From assembly GCA_038534015.1 (NCBI GenBank), contig JBCAXQ010000001.1:30572-94571 (forward strand): DNA of 64,000 nucleotides. The letters run 5' to 3'. The stretch comes from Pseudomonadota bacterium. Lineage in GTDB: Bacteria; Pseudomonadota; Alphaproteobacteria; Sphingomonadales; Sphingomonadaceae. The position numbers and the translations under genes are program-made. The notes under the pieces are model-generated. The model saw only the letters and a list, made by a program, of their open reading frames with translations. It ran no database searches and had not been told where the DNA came from. Below are positions 1 to 11,342 of this stretch, in pieces (the first letter of the stretch is position 1; each line of letters starts with the position of its first letter).

Positions 1-416
1 CCACCGTTTTGGGCCAATCGCAAGAAGAAACGGCGATAGCGGACACGCTACGGTGACTTTCGCGCAATGTTCCCAGTAGCCCATCGACGGGCAACGCCCG
101 AACCTCCTTCAGCTACGGCTGTGAGGTCTACTTGCAGGGTGCGCCAAAAGGAGAAGTAACTAGAGAATCCTTGGACACAGATATCAGGACATTCGCGCGC
201 CGAACCTGGCACTTGGACGCAACCCTTTAAACGCGGTGTATCTGTCGCTCTTTGAAGCTAGCAACCCTTTCAGTTCGCCAAGTCGAGTAGTATAGGTTAA
301 ATAGGCGCGTTGGAGACGGTTACCTGGATTGACGTGCGAAGTTAGGCACTCAATTGATATGTCAAAGTGATCGGTCTGTAGACCATCGCCATCATTGATC
401 CATGTGAGGAGCGTTG

Positions 417-1205
417 TTACTCGGAAGGCGCACCAACCGGGCGGTAAAAGATGAAAACGGGCATGATGGACCAGGCGATCAGAATGACGAAGTAAGCAGC
501 CTCAGGTAGAAGCATCAGCCATCTCGTCGAGATCATACCGAGGATCATGATCGCATGGGCAAGGACGGCCCAAATCACGCTAGCAGTCGCCTCACGGAAG
601 CTGGCAACACCTGAGCGTCCAAACGATACTGACACAGATAGTGCCAAAGGAAGGAAGACGATAATCGCCGTCAGCAGGCCAGGATTGTAGCTCCCGTTCA
701 AAAGAGCCGCGCCCGTGTGGCTGAGAGCGTTCACGAACACAATTGAGGTCATGCAAAGAGTTGGGAATAGATGTGACGATCCACGCCAGATCGCGAGCAT
801 CGCGACAAGCCAGACAAGTGATGTGTTGATTACAAAGACGCCTGCATCAGTAAGGGCTTGCGGCGATCCCTCGTGCCCGCCGAGTCGGTCCAGGAGCATG
901 TCATTCAAGTAAGGTTTGAAGGCGTAGGTATTCCCGTACAGATCAACCCAGTGCTCTTCGAACTGATGGATGATGTAGGCAAGCAGGAGCATTGCAGACA
1001 CGAACCGAACATCCGGACCGGATGAGTTCGCTTGCTCCGAACGGAATGCGAATGCCATGAGCACCAGGAAAGGTGCCATGAAGGTTCCGACCTTCATCCA
1101 GTTTTCGACAAGGAAGTCATGTTGACCGACAGGCACCCACAACATTGCAAAGCCGATAACAAGGCAGGCAAGTGACCCCCTTCTCATCATGACAAAACTT
1201 GTCAT
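417..1205 (-). CDS. HXXEE domain membrane protein
   Basis: HQFEEH motif, YNPGL motif and several hydrophobic helices. Start uncertain (ATG 1205 or 1190). Confidence 0.8.
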   Translation of the reverse strand: MTSFVMMRRGSLACLVIGFAMLWVPVGQHDFLVENWMKVGTFMAPFLVLMAFAFRSEQANSSGPDVRFVSAMLLLAYIIHQFEEHWVDLYGNTYAFKPYLNDMLLDRLGGHEGSPQALTDAGVFVINTSLVWLVAMLAIWRGSSHLFPTLCMTSIVFVNALSHTGAALLNGSYNPGLLTAIIVFLPLALSVSVSFGRSGVASFREATASVIWAVLAHAIMILGMISTRWLMLLPEAAYFVILIAWSIMPVFIFYRPVGAPSE

Positions 1206-1450
1206 GCTACAATTCCGCGCAACGCAAAAACCAAAAGACAAGTCTGTGAGCGCGATTTAACTGAGTCATCGGTCAAGCTGCGTTTGTGTCTTCGCGCTGA
1301 TCGCAATCATATCTGCCTTCGCTCTTGCCAGGGTTCGAAGGCTTGGACCGCAATGCGTCCGGGTGACTATGATCCGTGAGTTCATTGTGCCGCACTTCGA
1401 GCCGAGGCAGACAAGAACTGAGCCAAGCGGAAGAAGCGCTGAGCCGTTGC

Positions 1451-3352
1451 TCAAAGGTCACGGGGATCGATGGGATCGGTTCCAGCCTTCAACTCGGACG
1501 AGTCGTTGATACCGTCGCCGTCGGAGTCGGCTTTGTATGGGAAGATGCCCAACCCAACTTCGACCGCGTTCTCGAGGCCATCACCATCGATGTCAGTATC
1601 CAGTGCGTCCTCGACCCCGTCAAAATCGGTATCAGCCCAGCGGCTCGGATCTTTGGGAAACCCGTCGAAGGCATCCTCGATCCCGTCACCGTCGGCATCC
1701 ACAGCCAAGGGCACTGGCAGACCGGTCCATTCGGTTGCAGCGTTCGACACCTTTCCGGTATTCATCTCCGCAATCAGCAGGCTCATAAGCTGGCTCATAT
1801 GGTTCGGCCGTTGTTCACTAGGCAACCCGATGTGAACCCCCGGCTTCCATCCCTTCGGTCCGAGATGGCGCATTGCCCAAGACATGCTGAGTTGATCTGT
1901 CACCGTCGCCATCGACTGCATGCTACCGGACAGCCACGCATTGACGACAAGCACCGCGAGGATTTCTTGAATCTCCCGGTCGGTGAAGTGTCGGCGCAGT
2001 TCCTCGATATGGGCAGACGTTGCGCGTGCCGGCAGACGTCCGGCATCCCGCGCGAGCCGCAGCGCCGCCTTCTGAGCTGGTCCGAGAAATTCCGAGCGCT
2101 CGAAATCCATCAACGAGTGGATGTATGAGATCAGACCTGGCCGGTCCTCGGAAGGGATCTCGTCCCGGAAGTAGTCGTCCTCGGCATAATCGTAGATGCC
2201 GAAAGCGCCGTGCGCTTGGCAGTGAACGCAACCGCTGGCGAGCTGATAGACGAAGAAAATCGACCAGATCTCGGTGAACTCCATCGTGCGTTCCGTCTGC
2301 AGGATGTACTCGTCCATATCGAGCGTGCCGATGGCCGCTTGCCGCGCCCAGAGCGTGTCGAATCGATTGCGATCGCTATACGGCACGCTCGCCTTCATGC
2401 CTTGGGGACCGTCGTAAAAGTCATAGTCATAGGCGGCGACGTCAAACGGTGGAGTTTCCTGTGGCGGCAGGTTGGCCGTGCGCAGGCTTGGGTCTTCCCA
2501 CTCCAGAAATGTGGTGGGAAAGGCGTCGAACGGTTCCTCAATTCCGTCCCTGTCCCCGTCGAAGGTGAGCGTGGGAACGCCGTAGCCTGTGATGTGATTG
2601 ATCCAGTCCGTCTCGAAGACCGGATCATTTGCGCCAAGATCATCGCGCACCCAGCCTGCGTCGATCTCCTTGACCGCTTGGATCAGAGCATCGCCGGTAA
2701 ACGGGTTGGCACGCTGTTCTTGGGACGACGTGCTCGCGTTCGTTCCTGCCTGCCAACCCACACTGGCCAGGTTTGCGGTCGCCCAATCCAGCGTTTCCTG
2801 ATCGGTTGCGATTGGCAGCACCGCATCGTGAGTGGCCTTGGCGTTGTTGATCGCCCCAAGCTGCATCAGCTCGGCAATCTGTCGGTCAGTATAATTGGTG
2901 CGCAGCAGTGCGTGCATGTCGGCGGAGGATGTAATGGGATAACTACCCATGACATCAATGTAGGTGAAGGCTGCCTTCAGACGGTGGTCCTTCAGAGAAG
3001 TTACATAGTCCGGCGCATAGATCGCCTGGATGTCTTCCACCGGCACGCCCATGCGCGACAGCTGATATGCACTACGCGCCTGATGATGGCCGCTGCCCGC
3101 GAGGACCATCTGGCGCAGGGTCATCCGCCATTTGGTTTCAGCGTTGAACATCGCAGGCGCGTGGATCATGGCATCCGCCATCAAAAGGCCATTGTAGAAG
3201 TCGCGAAGGTTGCTGATGTCGATTTTATGACGGTCATAGTACGGAAGTGCCCGATCAGCTGCGGGCGCAGCGGGGGCTTCGGCGAATGTGGCAGAGGAAC
3301 TGAGAACCACGCCGATCAGGGCGGTTCCTGCCAAACTTGTTATTAGTCTCAT
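1451..3352 (-). CDS. Secreted tandem AhpD/CMD-like protein with DxDxDG (TSP3-like) calcium-binding repeats
   Basis: Signal peptide from ATG 3352; GCVHCQAHG and [13 protein letters not shown] (CMD/AhpD-like); an N-terminal copy [13 protein letters not shown]; C-terminal DADGDG/DTDFDG/DIDGDG/DSDGDG repeats. Confidence 0.7.
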   Translation of the reverse strand: MRLITSLAGTALIGVVLSSSATFAEAPAAPAADRALPYYDRHKIDISNLRDFYNGLLMADAMIHAPAMFNAETKWRMTLRQMVLAGSGHHQARSAYQLSRMGVPVEDIQAIYAPDYVTSLKDHRLKAAFTYIDVMGSYPITSSADMHALLRTNYTDRQIAELMQLGAINNAKATHDAVLPIATDQETLDWATANLASVGWQAGTNASTSSQEQRANPFTGDALIQAVKEIDAGWVRDDLGANDPVFETDWINHITGYGVPTLTFDGDRDGIEEPFDAFPTTFLEWEDPSLRTANLPPQETPPFDVAAYDYDFYDGPQGMKASVPYSDRNRFDTLWARQAAIGTLDMDEYILQTERTMEFTEIWSIFFVYQLASGCVHCQAHGAFGIYDYAEDDYFRDEIPSEDRPGLISYIHSLMDFERSEFLGPAQKAALRLARDAGRLPARATSAHIEELRRHFTDREIQEILAVLVVNAWLSGSMQSMATVTDQLSMSWAMRHLGPKGWKPGVHIGLPSEQRPNHMSQLMSLLIAEMNTGKVSNAATEWTGLPVPLAVDADGDGIEDAFDGFPKDPSRWADTDFDGVEDALDTDIDGDGLENAVEVGLGIFPYKADSDGDGINDSSELKAGTDPIDPRDL

Positions 3353-3356
3353 CAGA

Positions 3357-3944
3357 TCACTCCTCCCCAAAGAGCGTGACGAACATGCCGTTCGGGTTCG
3401 GGGCATGGCTGGGCACGAACTGCAGAACATCCCAGTGCTCGGCTATCTTTCCTTCGTCGTTGAACAGGTACATATCAACCGCCGCCATTCCGAGGTCGTC
3501 TGGACTGTCATTATCCAAGTTCCGGAAGTTGACGTGCGCCATAGCCCAATTGCCCACGACGATGATCTTGTGGATATCAATCTCTACCGGAAACTCCTCG
3601 GCGGAAGCTCCGAACAGCATGGCAAGCGGCTCCCGGCCGTTGGGAAGCATGGTACTATGCTGAATGTAGCGGTCGGAAACATACGCACTGACGGTCTCGA
3701 TTGTCGGTTGGCCCGACAAGACATCATAGAGTTCGATAATGCGCTGCGCCCGTGCCCGATCCGCGTCGTTGTTTGCGATGATGTGCGTTTCAAACTCGGT
3801 CGGGATCGTGTTGCGGTGAATGAACCCCTGTTCTTGAGATCGCGTCGGCGGGGCGAAGGGATCATCCTCTGCTGCTGCGCCGAGCGTGAACGCCAGAAGC
3901 GTCGCGGACGCGATCGCGAGTAATCTCGTGGGGCTCAGGGTCAT
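3357..3944 (-). CDS. Secreted SnoaL-like/NTF2-fold protein
   Basis: YIQHS...[17 protein letters not shown] signature; signal peptide; GAGGA RBS before ATG 3944. Confidence 0.85.
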   Translation of the reverse strand: MTLSPTRLLAIASATLLAFTLGAAAEDDPFAPPTRSQEQGFIHRNTIPTEFETHIIANNDADRARAQRIIELYDVLSGQPTIETVSAYVSDRYIQHSTMLPNGREPLAMLFGASAEEFPVEIDIHKIIVVGNWAMAHVNFRNLDNDSPDDLGMAAVDMYLFNDEGKIAEHWDVLQFVPSHAPNPNGMFVTLFGEE

Positions 3945-4051
3945 GATGTCCTCACTGGTTGCAGAGAAGTTCGTGCCGCCTCGTAGGCCCAGCCAACTAT
4001 CGCGGCGGTAAACTGACGGTCGCGGAGTAAGTGCCCACTTGCCGCGGAGGA

Positions 4052-5080
4052 TCAATCGAAGAGATCACGCGCGGTCGCGGCCACAAGCGCCGGATCTTCA
4101 GCCTGAATGAAATGGTTGGTGTCGACGATCAGGACGGCACCGTCGGGCACGACGTCGGCGGTGCGCCAGTACTCTTCCGGGCGCTGACCGGGGTCATGCG
4201 CACCCTGCATGAAGACGACGGGCATAGTCATGCGCGGGAAGACCTCGGCAAGACGGAACACAAGCTCTTTGTCGAAGCTCGCATCAGAGTAACGCTGTGC
4301 CGCCGCCTCCGCCGTGCCCGCGAAGCCGTATTCCCATTCGGCACGCGCGAGATGGGCTTCGCTCATCTTGACTGAGAAATAGTTGCTTTCGAAGAGGCTC
4401 CGCATGAAATCAGGTGCAGTGTGGAACGCAACTTCCGTCATAACCTCATGGTCAGGACGCGGAAAGCCGTGCGGTTGGTCGGCGGATTGCTGCATCCGCA
4501 GGTAAGCCCGGATGCGGGGGTTGATATCGTCTCGCGCTACCATGTGATCGCCGACGACGGATCCACGGTCATGACCCACCAAGTTGAAGCTCTCGATCTC
4601 CAGCGCCGTCATGAGTGCGCCCACGCCTCTGGCAACACCGGCATAGGTCAGATCTAGATCCAGCCGCTTATCCGATTGGCCATAACCCAGCGTGTCCACG
4701 GCGATGACGTAGAAATCGTCCGCCAGCAACGCCATCACCTCGTGCCAGGACCACCACGTGTCCGGGTGGCCGTGGACGAATAGGATCGGTTCCTTGTCCG
4801 GGTCGCCTGCCGTCACGAGATGCCAGACCGCGCCGTCCGCTTCGACATACCAGTGCAGGCCAAAGACGTTGTGGCCGAGGTATTCAACCTCGCCATGGCG
4901 GTTGACAGTGCCAGCAGGTTGATCTGCCGCCGGATATCGATCTTCATCCGTGATCTTGGCGAGCGCGTACGGTTCGTAATCCGTGGGTACGCGAACTCCG
5001 TCAGCATGGGCTATGCCAGTGGACAGGAGAAGCACTGCTATCACAATCGCTCGGATCATCTGAAGGCTCCCAAGTTGCAT
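4052..5080 (-). CDS. Secreted alpha/beta hydrolase (epoxide hydrolase/dehalogenase-like, Asp nucleophile)
   Basis: HGHP oxyanion motif, GYGQSD, GHDRG nucleophile elbow, C-terminal His (NHF); signal peptide. Start 5080 or 5059. Confidence 0.85.
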   Translation of the reverse strand: MQLGSLQMIRAIVIAVLLLSTGIAHADGVRVPTDYEPYALAKITDEDRYPAADQPAGTVNRHGEVEYLGHNVFGLHWYVEADGAVWHLVTAGDPDKEPILFVHGHPDTWWSWHEVMALLADDFYVIAVDTLGYGQSDKRLDLDLTYAGVARGVGALMTALEIESFNLVGHDRGSVVGDHMVARDDINPRIRAYLRMQQSADQPHGFPRPDHEVMTEVAFHTAPDFMRSLFESNYFSVKMSEAHLARAEWEYGFAGTAEAAAQRYSDASFDKELVFRLAEVFPRMTMPVVFMQGAHDPGQRPEEYWRTADVVPDGAVLIVDTNHFIQAEDPALVAATARDLFD

Positions 5081-5396
5081 GCGCGCTCGCCGTTGGCTTT
5101 CGCGTCAGGTTGCTTCATCAGGGGCCGTTCAGAGCGGACAGTCATGGCTTTCGGCGAGGCCGAACTCGATCGCTTAACCGAGGACGTGTAGGTGCAAAGC
5201 GATGCATCATCTTCGATGCGGACATGGCCAATCGACCCGGCTTTGCTCCTCAAAGATCTCCACGATAGACAACCACCGATAACATTGACGTCAGCGTCCC
5301 CTGATTAATCTCTCGGCGAGGTTACATGCAGATCAGCCATGGAGAAGCCACGCAAACGCGCAGGACATGTGCAGCGATACAGCAAGTGAGACGGCA

Positions 5397-6257
5397 ATGT
5401 GGGACGAAGTACAGGCGGCAGCGGAAGTGGTGCGACGCGGGACGGTGAGTGCGGCAGCTGAAAATCTGGGCGTTCACCGTGCAACAATCAATCGTCGGAT
5501 CGATACGTTGGAAGCCTATCTTGGAGGGAAGCTGTTCCAGCGGCACAAACGCGGCTACACGCCGACTGAACTGGGCGCTGATCTTATGCAGCTCGCAGAG
5601 GACGCAGGAGATCGACTTGAACGACTGCGGCGACGTGCTGCCAGTCAAGATGAGGCGCTCCGCGGTGATCTGATCGTCACCTCGATCGACGGTATCGCAC
5701 CGATAATACTCGGCAAAATCTCCGAGTTCACCGCACTCTTTCCTGATATTAACATTTCATTTCGCGTGGCGAATTCGCCTTTGCGTCTTGAACTTGGTGA
5801 AGCCCATATCGCGTTCCGGATCGGATCGCGACCCGAGGAGCTTGACTACGTAGTGTTGCCACATGAACCGCTTCATATGGGGCTTTTTGCCAGCGAAGCT
5901 TACATCCGCCGGTGCGGCAAGCCTGACGCACAAGATCTGTCCGCACATCGATTTGTTCTACCCAGGCTTTCCCCAGGTGAAGATCCCCCGGATCGCTGGT
6001 TGGAGGAACTGATCGAAAGTCCTGACCTCGTTCTGACTGCCAATACGGCCAGCGTGGTGGACAGTGCAGTCCGGGCAGGCATTGGCATTGGGTTCGTACC
6101 GATCCAGAACGCTATCGAAGATCCTATGCTGATTGAGATCGTTCCGCCGAAGCCGGCTTGGCAGGTGCCAAGCTGGATCGTCACACATGTGGATCTACAC
6201 CGCTCCCCGAAAGTACAGGCATTCTTAACGCATTGCCGAGGCAGATCGCATGCGTGA
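5397..6257 (+). CDS. LysR family transcriptional regulator
   Basis: N-terminal HTH (SAAAENLGVHRATINRRIDTLE...LFQR) plus substrate-binding domain; divergent from the hydrolase operon. Confidence 0.93.
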   Translation: MWDEVQAAAEVVRRGTVSAAAENLGVHRATINRRIDTLEAYLGGKLFQRHKRGYTPTELGADLMQLAEDAGDRLERLRRRAASQDEALRGDLIVTSIDGIAPIILGKISEFTALFPDINISFRVANSPLRLELGEAHIAFRIGSRPEELDYVVLPHEPLHMGLFASEAYIRRCGKPDAQDLSAHRFVLPRLSPGEDPPDRWLEELIESPDLVLTANTASVVDSAVRAGIGIGFVPIQNAIEDPMLIEIVPPKPAWQVPSWIVTHVDLHRSPKVQAFLTHCRGRSHA

Positions 6258-6384
6258 CAGACACTATACACTATTGAGTTCTAAAATAATAACTTAGATT
6301 ATCTCGATCTATATTTATAATATAAGAATAAATTTTGATCGCAACATAGCAGCTGCACTGCACGCCTATCCGATACGCTTATCT

Positions 6385-7530
6385 TTAGAAAATTTCATTT
6401 AGCTGTTCGAGATCGACATTGAGATTTAACCTCAAGCCAATTCGGTTCGCATTCTCATTCTGATCTCGTGTAAATTCATGCGCAACCTCGAGCGAGAGAT
6501 CTTTAGTAAAGCTATATGAGATTGCGGTCTGAACTTGATAGTCATTAAAATTTTCGCCTTCTGCGGTGTTTCGAGGTCTGTAAGTTCCCGAAAGAACACC
6601 TCTCCATGGCCCGAATGAATATGTCGAAGCCCCACTGACATACATGATATCATCTGCTGAACCCTCGAAGTTCGAAAGATAAGCAAACTCCCCAAGTAAA
6701 TCGAGCTTTCCGTATTCCTTCAGATCCACGGATTGAATCGCGCCGAACAAGAACCCGTTCTCATCGGCCACGTCGCCGTTGCCCCGAGCCTCGTGAAGGT
6801 ATGCCAACTTGTACGTGAAGTCTGGGAGCGCAGGGATCTTTGTTCCTTCTAACGCGATTGCAACGGACTCAAATGACTCGGTGTTGCTCGCGCCGCCGTC
6901 CGTCAAGTTCGTTTGTCCACGGCTTGCAAAGAGCGAGTCCGACAATATGGTCGTATCTTGATAGAAGGACGTCGCGCTCAGTTTGTGTTCTCCGGCGTCG
7001 GCAAAGTCGAAAGTGTAATCCGCGCCTAGACTGACTCGCTCTATCAGCTCAATCTCTCTGCTGTATTCATTCCCGTACATGCCAGGCACGCGGAGTGAAA
7101 AGAATGCAAAGGATGGGGTCGTCTTGCCAGCGTGCACGGACAAGTCGTCAGTCACGTCGAACTCCGCGAACAGCTTTCGAACAAAGAGCGCTTGCTCGTC
7201 GAAGAAACGGTTGTCCGTGGCGGGTCTGGCGCCCTCCAATCGTATTTCGGAGTCAATTCGCAAACGCTCGGAAAGCTGGAGGTTCGGGCGCGCCTCCATT
7301 CTCAACGACACATCTGTCGCTTCAACTCCAGAACCTCCGACGCGGTAGTCATTGTCATGGGCCATTCTGAAGATGATCCCACCACCAATCCGGGGATAAA
7401 CGATTTTTGATTCTTCACTGTAAGAATTCACCGTTCCGATGATAAAGAATGCGCCCATCAGAAATATAGATTTGAATATAATCGAATACCACACTCCTGC
7501 CTTATTCATACCTATCTGCTGAGTTATCAA
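6385..7530 (-). CDS. Putative outer-membrane beta-barrel/porin
   Basis: Signal-like N-terminus, amphipathic beta strands, terminal Phe. Confidence 0.6.
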   Translation of the reverse strand: MITQQIGMNKAGVWYSIIFKSIFLMGAFFIIGTVNSYSEESKIVYPRIGGGIIFRMAHDNDYRVGGSGVEATDVSLRMEARPNLQLSERLRIDSEIRLEGARPATDNRFFDEQALFVRKLFAEFDVTDDLSVHAGKTTPSFAFFSLRVPGMYGNEYSREIELIERVSLGADYTFDFADAGEHKLSATSFYQDTTILSDSLFASRGQTNLTDGGASNTESFESVAIALEGTKIPALPDFTYKLAYLHEARGNGDVADENGFLFGAIQSVDLKEYGKLDLLGEFAYLSNFEGSADDIMYVSGASTYSFGPWRGVLSGTYRPRNTAEGENFNDYQVQTAISYSFTKDLSLEVAHEFTRDQNENANRIGLRLNLNVDLEQLNEIF

Positions 7531-7889
7531 GATTTCTCACACTCCTATGTGAGTTTGGCCCACAGATTTACAGAGGTTAACGATATGTACTTGGAAAAAC
7601 TTAGATCTTCATCGCTTTCGCTAGCAAGAGTGCTGAACGCGCACAGCATGCGCGTTCGATCGCCTACCTTCGACGCGCTCCTCCGTTTTAGGATGCGCTT
7701 CGCAGTCTGGTTCAGTGGTCGGAAGTCATCCGAAGGGGACGCTGCAGGTGTGGGAATGCGTTCAATCAGAACTTTGAAACGAGCGTCCGCGCGGCGTGAG
7801 CAGGATTTTCGGCTGAACGATACAATGGTGCAGCCAACAAGGTGGCGACAGATAAAGATGAGAGGCAACGATCTGATGAAGTCGATGCC

Positions 7890-9176
7890 ATGACGGCACA
7901 GACCGGCTGTTCGGACCGGATACGCAGATCGGCGGTGTTGCGGAGCAATGCTCGATTACCCAGTGGCTATCACTCCGCGAAAAGCCGGTTGTATGTTGTG
8001 GCGGTTACACTGATCTGTTCACTCGCTGCCTGCACTCCAGAAACCCGTGCTCCTGTCCTAGAGGCTGAAATCGGACGCTCAGCGCCCTACGGCATTCCGG
8101 GGGTGCTGCGAGTTTGGGGTGACGCAATCGGCAAGGGACAGAGAGAAGCCATCCGCATGGAGATGATCACTCGGGCCAAGCGATTGCACGCTCGGGCGAT
8201 GAGTGCCGGAGAACGCCTCGTCGAGACAGGCCTTGCACTGTCGGGCGGCGGTGCAGACGGGGCATTCGGTGCGGGTTTGCTCAACGGCTGGAGCGAGCGC
8301 GGCGACCGCCCAGAGTTTGACGTTGTGAGTGGTGTAAGTACCGGCGCGATCATTGGACTCTTCGCATTCCTCGGCCCAGACTATGACGCCAGCCTTCGCG
8401 AACTCTACACTGCTTACTCTACAGCAGACCTGTTGGAGCCGTCTCCATTCGTAGCTCTTCTTGGCGGCTCAGCAATGTCCAACCCCGCGGCCTACAATGA
8501 ATTGATCGATCAATATGTCAGCGCGGAGATCGTCGAAGCCATTGCTGTTGAGGCCGAACGCGGGCGGGTCTTGCTGATTGGTACAACCAATCTTGATGCC
8601 GCTCGTCCGGTGATTTGGAACGTAACAGCGATCGCAGAGACACGGCACCCAGAGGCTGTGACCCTGATCCGCGATCTCGTGCGCGCATCCTCGGCAATAC
8701 CTGCGGTGTTCCCGCCCGTCGTGATTCCGGTCGAGACTGAGGACGGCAGGACGCGCGACGAACTTCACGTTGACGGAGGCGCGACGCAGCAAGTGATGCT
8801 TTTCAGCGCTGAGGTACCGGTCACCGATGTCGACAGGGCCCTTGGGGTTGAGGTCGACAGGATCCTTTATGTCGTTGTCAACAACTCACTCGAGAAACCT
8901 TATGAGCCGGTCAATCTGGGCGTCCTGTCGATTGCCGGTAAGGCAGTCTCCAGCCTCATCGGTGGTTCTGGCACGGGCGATCTCTACAAAATCTACGCAA
9001 TTACCGAACGTGACCGAACCAAGTTCCGAGTCCTCTGGGTGCCGCCGGACTTCGATGTCTTGGCCAAGGAGCCCTTTGACCGTGAATACATGCGTGCGCT
9101 CTATGAGTTAGGCCAAGACATCGGTCAAACGGGCGCCTCCTGGCACGATCGCCCACCCAACTTCACCACCAGATGA
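7890..9176 (+). CDS. Patatin-like phospholipase (probable lipoprotein)
   Basis: GGGADGAFGAG, GVSTG and DGG motifs; LAAC lipobox. Start uncertain. Confidence 0.9.
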   Translation: MTAQTGCSDRIRRSAVLRSNARLPSGYHSAKSRLYVVAVTLICSLAACTPETRAPVLEAEIGRSAPYGIPGVLRVWGDAIGKGQREAIRMEMITRAKRLHARAMSAGERLVETGLALSGGGADGAFGAGLLNGWSERGDRPEFDVVSGVSTGAIIGLFAFLGPDYDASLRELYTAYSTADLLEPSPFVALLGGSAMSNPAAYNELIDQYVSAEIVEAIAVEAERGRVLLIGTTNLDAARPVIWNVTAIAETRHPEAVTLIRDLVRASSAIPAVFPPVVIPVETEDGRTRDELHVDGGATQQVMLFSAEVPVTDVDRALGVEVDRILYVVVNNSLEKPYEPVNLGVLSIAGKAVSSLIGGSGTGDLYKIYAITERDRTKFRVLWVPPDFDVLAKEPFDREYMRALYELGQDIGQTGASWHDRPPNFTTR

Positions 9177-9245
9177 ATACTTCGGATTCAATGCCCTAAC
9201 AGTCACCGCTCATCTAACGAACCGCATGGACAGGAGGGATACAGC

Positions 9246-10100
9246 ATGTCCAATACAAAGATTGCTGTAATCACGGGCTCGACCGGTGGCATTGGCAGTG
9301 CAATCGCACACCAACTTGCTGACGAAGGTTGGAATCTCGTTCTGATAAATCGCAATGCGGAAAAATCTGCGCGGCAAAAAGAACAACTTACCAACGCGTA
9401 TCATGGCGCCACAATCGACGTGATCCAGGCGGATTTGATGGACACCAACCAGATCAAGAGGGCCGCTCTGGAGGTGCATTCGATTCATCCAAAAATTGAC
9501 GTACTTTACAATAATTCTGGTGTTCTGACATCACGACGCGCCAATAGTGTCCAGGGGCACGAGTCAAATTATGCAATCAATACTTTGGCTCCATACGTGA
9601 TGATCGAGTGCCTGCGTTCGATGCTCAAACGCGACGATGGCGCATCAAAGACGATGATCATCAATACTACATCTTCGGCGCAAAACGCTGTCAAGTCACT
9701 GAACATCGACGCGTTGTCCAACCCAGAGGTAATCGGTGGTTTGACCGGAGCCTATGCTGCCACAAAACTGGCGTTGACGACCATGGGAACGGCCATGGCC
9801 GATGGCTTGGCAGACGATGGGGTCATGGTTCGATCCGTGTGTCCAGGCACCGTGGCCACCCCGATGACAACAACCAGCGATGCGATGCCTGGGATACTAA
9901 AACTTCTTGTTCCATTTCTTTTCAACAAGCCAGAAAAACAGGCAAGTAAGATGATATATGCGGCCAAACCAGACACATATGGCAACCGCACTGGAATATA
10001 CATCACAAACGGGAACGAAAAAACGATACCAAAGCATGTAGCTGATCCGGAAATTCAAGACAAACTCATGAAAAAGCTCTTGCTAGATGCTGCTCTATGA
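9246..10100 (+). CDS. SDR family oxidoreductase
   Basis: TGSTGGIG, NNSG and YAATK motifs; GGAGG RBS. Confidence 0.92.
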   Translation: MSNTKIAVITGSTGGIGSAIAHQLADEGWNLVLINRNAEKSARQKEQLTNAYHGATIDVIQADLMDTNQIKRAALEVHSIHPKIDVLYNNSGVLTSRRANSVQGHESNYAINTLAPYVMIECLRSMLKRDDGASKTMIINTTSSAQNAVKSLNIDALSNPEVIGGLTGAYAATKLALTTMGTAMADGLADDGVMVRSVCPGTVATPMTTTSDAMPGILKLLVPFLFNKPEKQASKMIYAAKPDTYGNRTGIYITNGNEKTIPKHVADPEIQDKLMKKLLLDAAL

Positions 10101-10468
10101 ACCGAGTTTTAACCCTGAACGGTTGTACGCCTTCGTTCTGGCCATCGAATTGCACACCTAACTTAGTGCCATTTGTCAACTAGAAAGGCTGCCGAGCTGG
10201 AGGGGCAATCATCTATAGCAAGAAACGCTAGTCCGTGCTGCGGCGACGTCGTTAATTGGCGCGAGCCGAGTGACGATCTGGTCTTGGCGGCTACAGCAGG
10301 GTTTGCGGAGCGTGAGGTCCGGTCGAAACGTCGCGTTTCGCGCAGGTATGTGACTAGCGTCTCAACCACTGACGCCTGATTTTGCTCGAACTTCGGTCTT
10401 CAGACCGTATCGGCGAAGGCAGGCGCTGCAGGATTGCAAATTGTCGGTCGAAGTGGTACCATAAACTT

Positions 10469-10675
10469 ATGAAAGATATAGATAAATTGGAGAGAGCTGA
10501 GGCCGTTGCGCGCTATGAGAGCGCCATGGTCGATGCCGATATCGAAGGGCTCGCGAGGGACCCGGAGGCCGAGGCGCTGGTTGCCGAATGGCGGGCGGCC
10601 AATGTGAGCATCGAGGATCAGATCGCACGTCTCAAGGATCGCTACCGGGAGCGCCGGCTCCGCGCCGCAGAGTGA
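10469..10675 (+). CDS. FicA/VbhA-like antitoxin
   Basis: 68-aa helical protein with an inhibitory-type ...ADIEG motif; its stop overlaps the Fic GTG start. Confidence 0.7.
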   Translation: MKDIDKLERAEAVARYESAMVDADIEGLARDPEAEALVAEWRAANVSIEDQIARLKDRYRERRLRAAE

Positions 10676-11310
10676 GCGAGGGCTTCGGGCGCAGCGCCCG
10701 AGAGGAAGCCGCCTACCGCAAGATCCTCTGGCCCGGCTCGGAGGTCTACCGCAACAAGCTGGGCATTCGCGATGCCGTGACGCTGGAGCAGGCCGAGCGC
10801 ATGATCGTCAGCCGCCGGGTTGAGCAAGGTTTCCCCGTCTCTTGCGATCCGTATTGCTACGCCGGCTTTCGGGAGATGCACCGGCACATGTTCCAGGACA
10901 TCTATGACTGGGCGGGCCAGGAGCGGCTCTATACGACGCGGCGCGGCGCGGCCCCGTTCGCCAGACCGGAGCACATCACGACGTGGATGGAAGACCAGTT
11001 TGCTGCCCTCGACGCCGAGCGGTTTCATATGAGCCGGAGCCGGGAGACCTTCGCGCGGGAGGCCGCCGAACTCGTCAATGAGATCAATGCCGCGCACCCG
11101 TTCATCGATGGCAACGGTCGGACCCAGCGGCAATGGCTCAGAGCGCTCGCCCGGAACATGGGCTATCGCCTCGACATTCAGAGCGCCGATAAGGGCCGTT
11201 GGAACCACGCCTCTCGGATCGGCTTCGTCGACTCTGACCACGCTCCTATGAGGGACCTGCTTACCTCCCGCCTCGGTCCGACCAAGCGGCCTCACGGACG
11301 CAACGTCTGA
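10672..11310 (+). CDS. Fic-domain toxin (FicT/VbhT-like AMPylase)
   Basis: Canonical HPFIDGNGRTQR motif, NKLGI and H..MFQDIYDWAG; GTG start overlapping the antitoxin stop (GTGA). Confidence 0.9.
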   Translation: MSEGFGRSAREEAAYRKILWPGSEVYRNKLGIRDAVTLEQAERMIVSRRVEQGFPVSCDPYCYAGFREMHRHMFQDIYDWAGQERLYTTRRGAAPFARPEHITTWMEDQFAALDAERFHMSRSRETFAREAAELVNEINAAHPFIDGNGRTQRQWLRALARNMGYRLDIQSADKGRWNHASRIGFVDSDHAPMRDLLTSRLGPTKRPHGRNV

Positions 11311-11342
11311 TCTGTCGGCTTTATGGTCTCTATCAAAGTCGA

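Noticed and set aside
2207-2233. CVHCQAH as a c-type haem motif
   Set aside because: It is CxxCxxH, the AhpD/CMD pattern, not CxxCH.
2210-3346. Long antisense ORFs (e.g. 2210-3346, 12109-13080, 24707-25669)
   Set aside because: Shadows of real genes caused by GC-rich codon bias; no motifs or RBS.
6334-6366. Further faint matches to the 65-bp repeat (also near 7723 and 32196)
   Set aside because: Only a GCTGCA core or one half-site matches; too degenerate to assert without a profile search.
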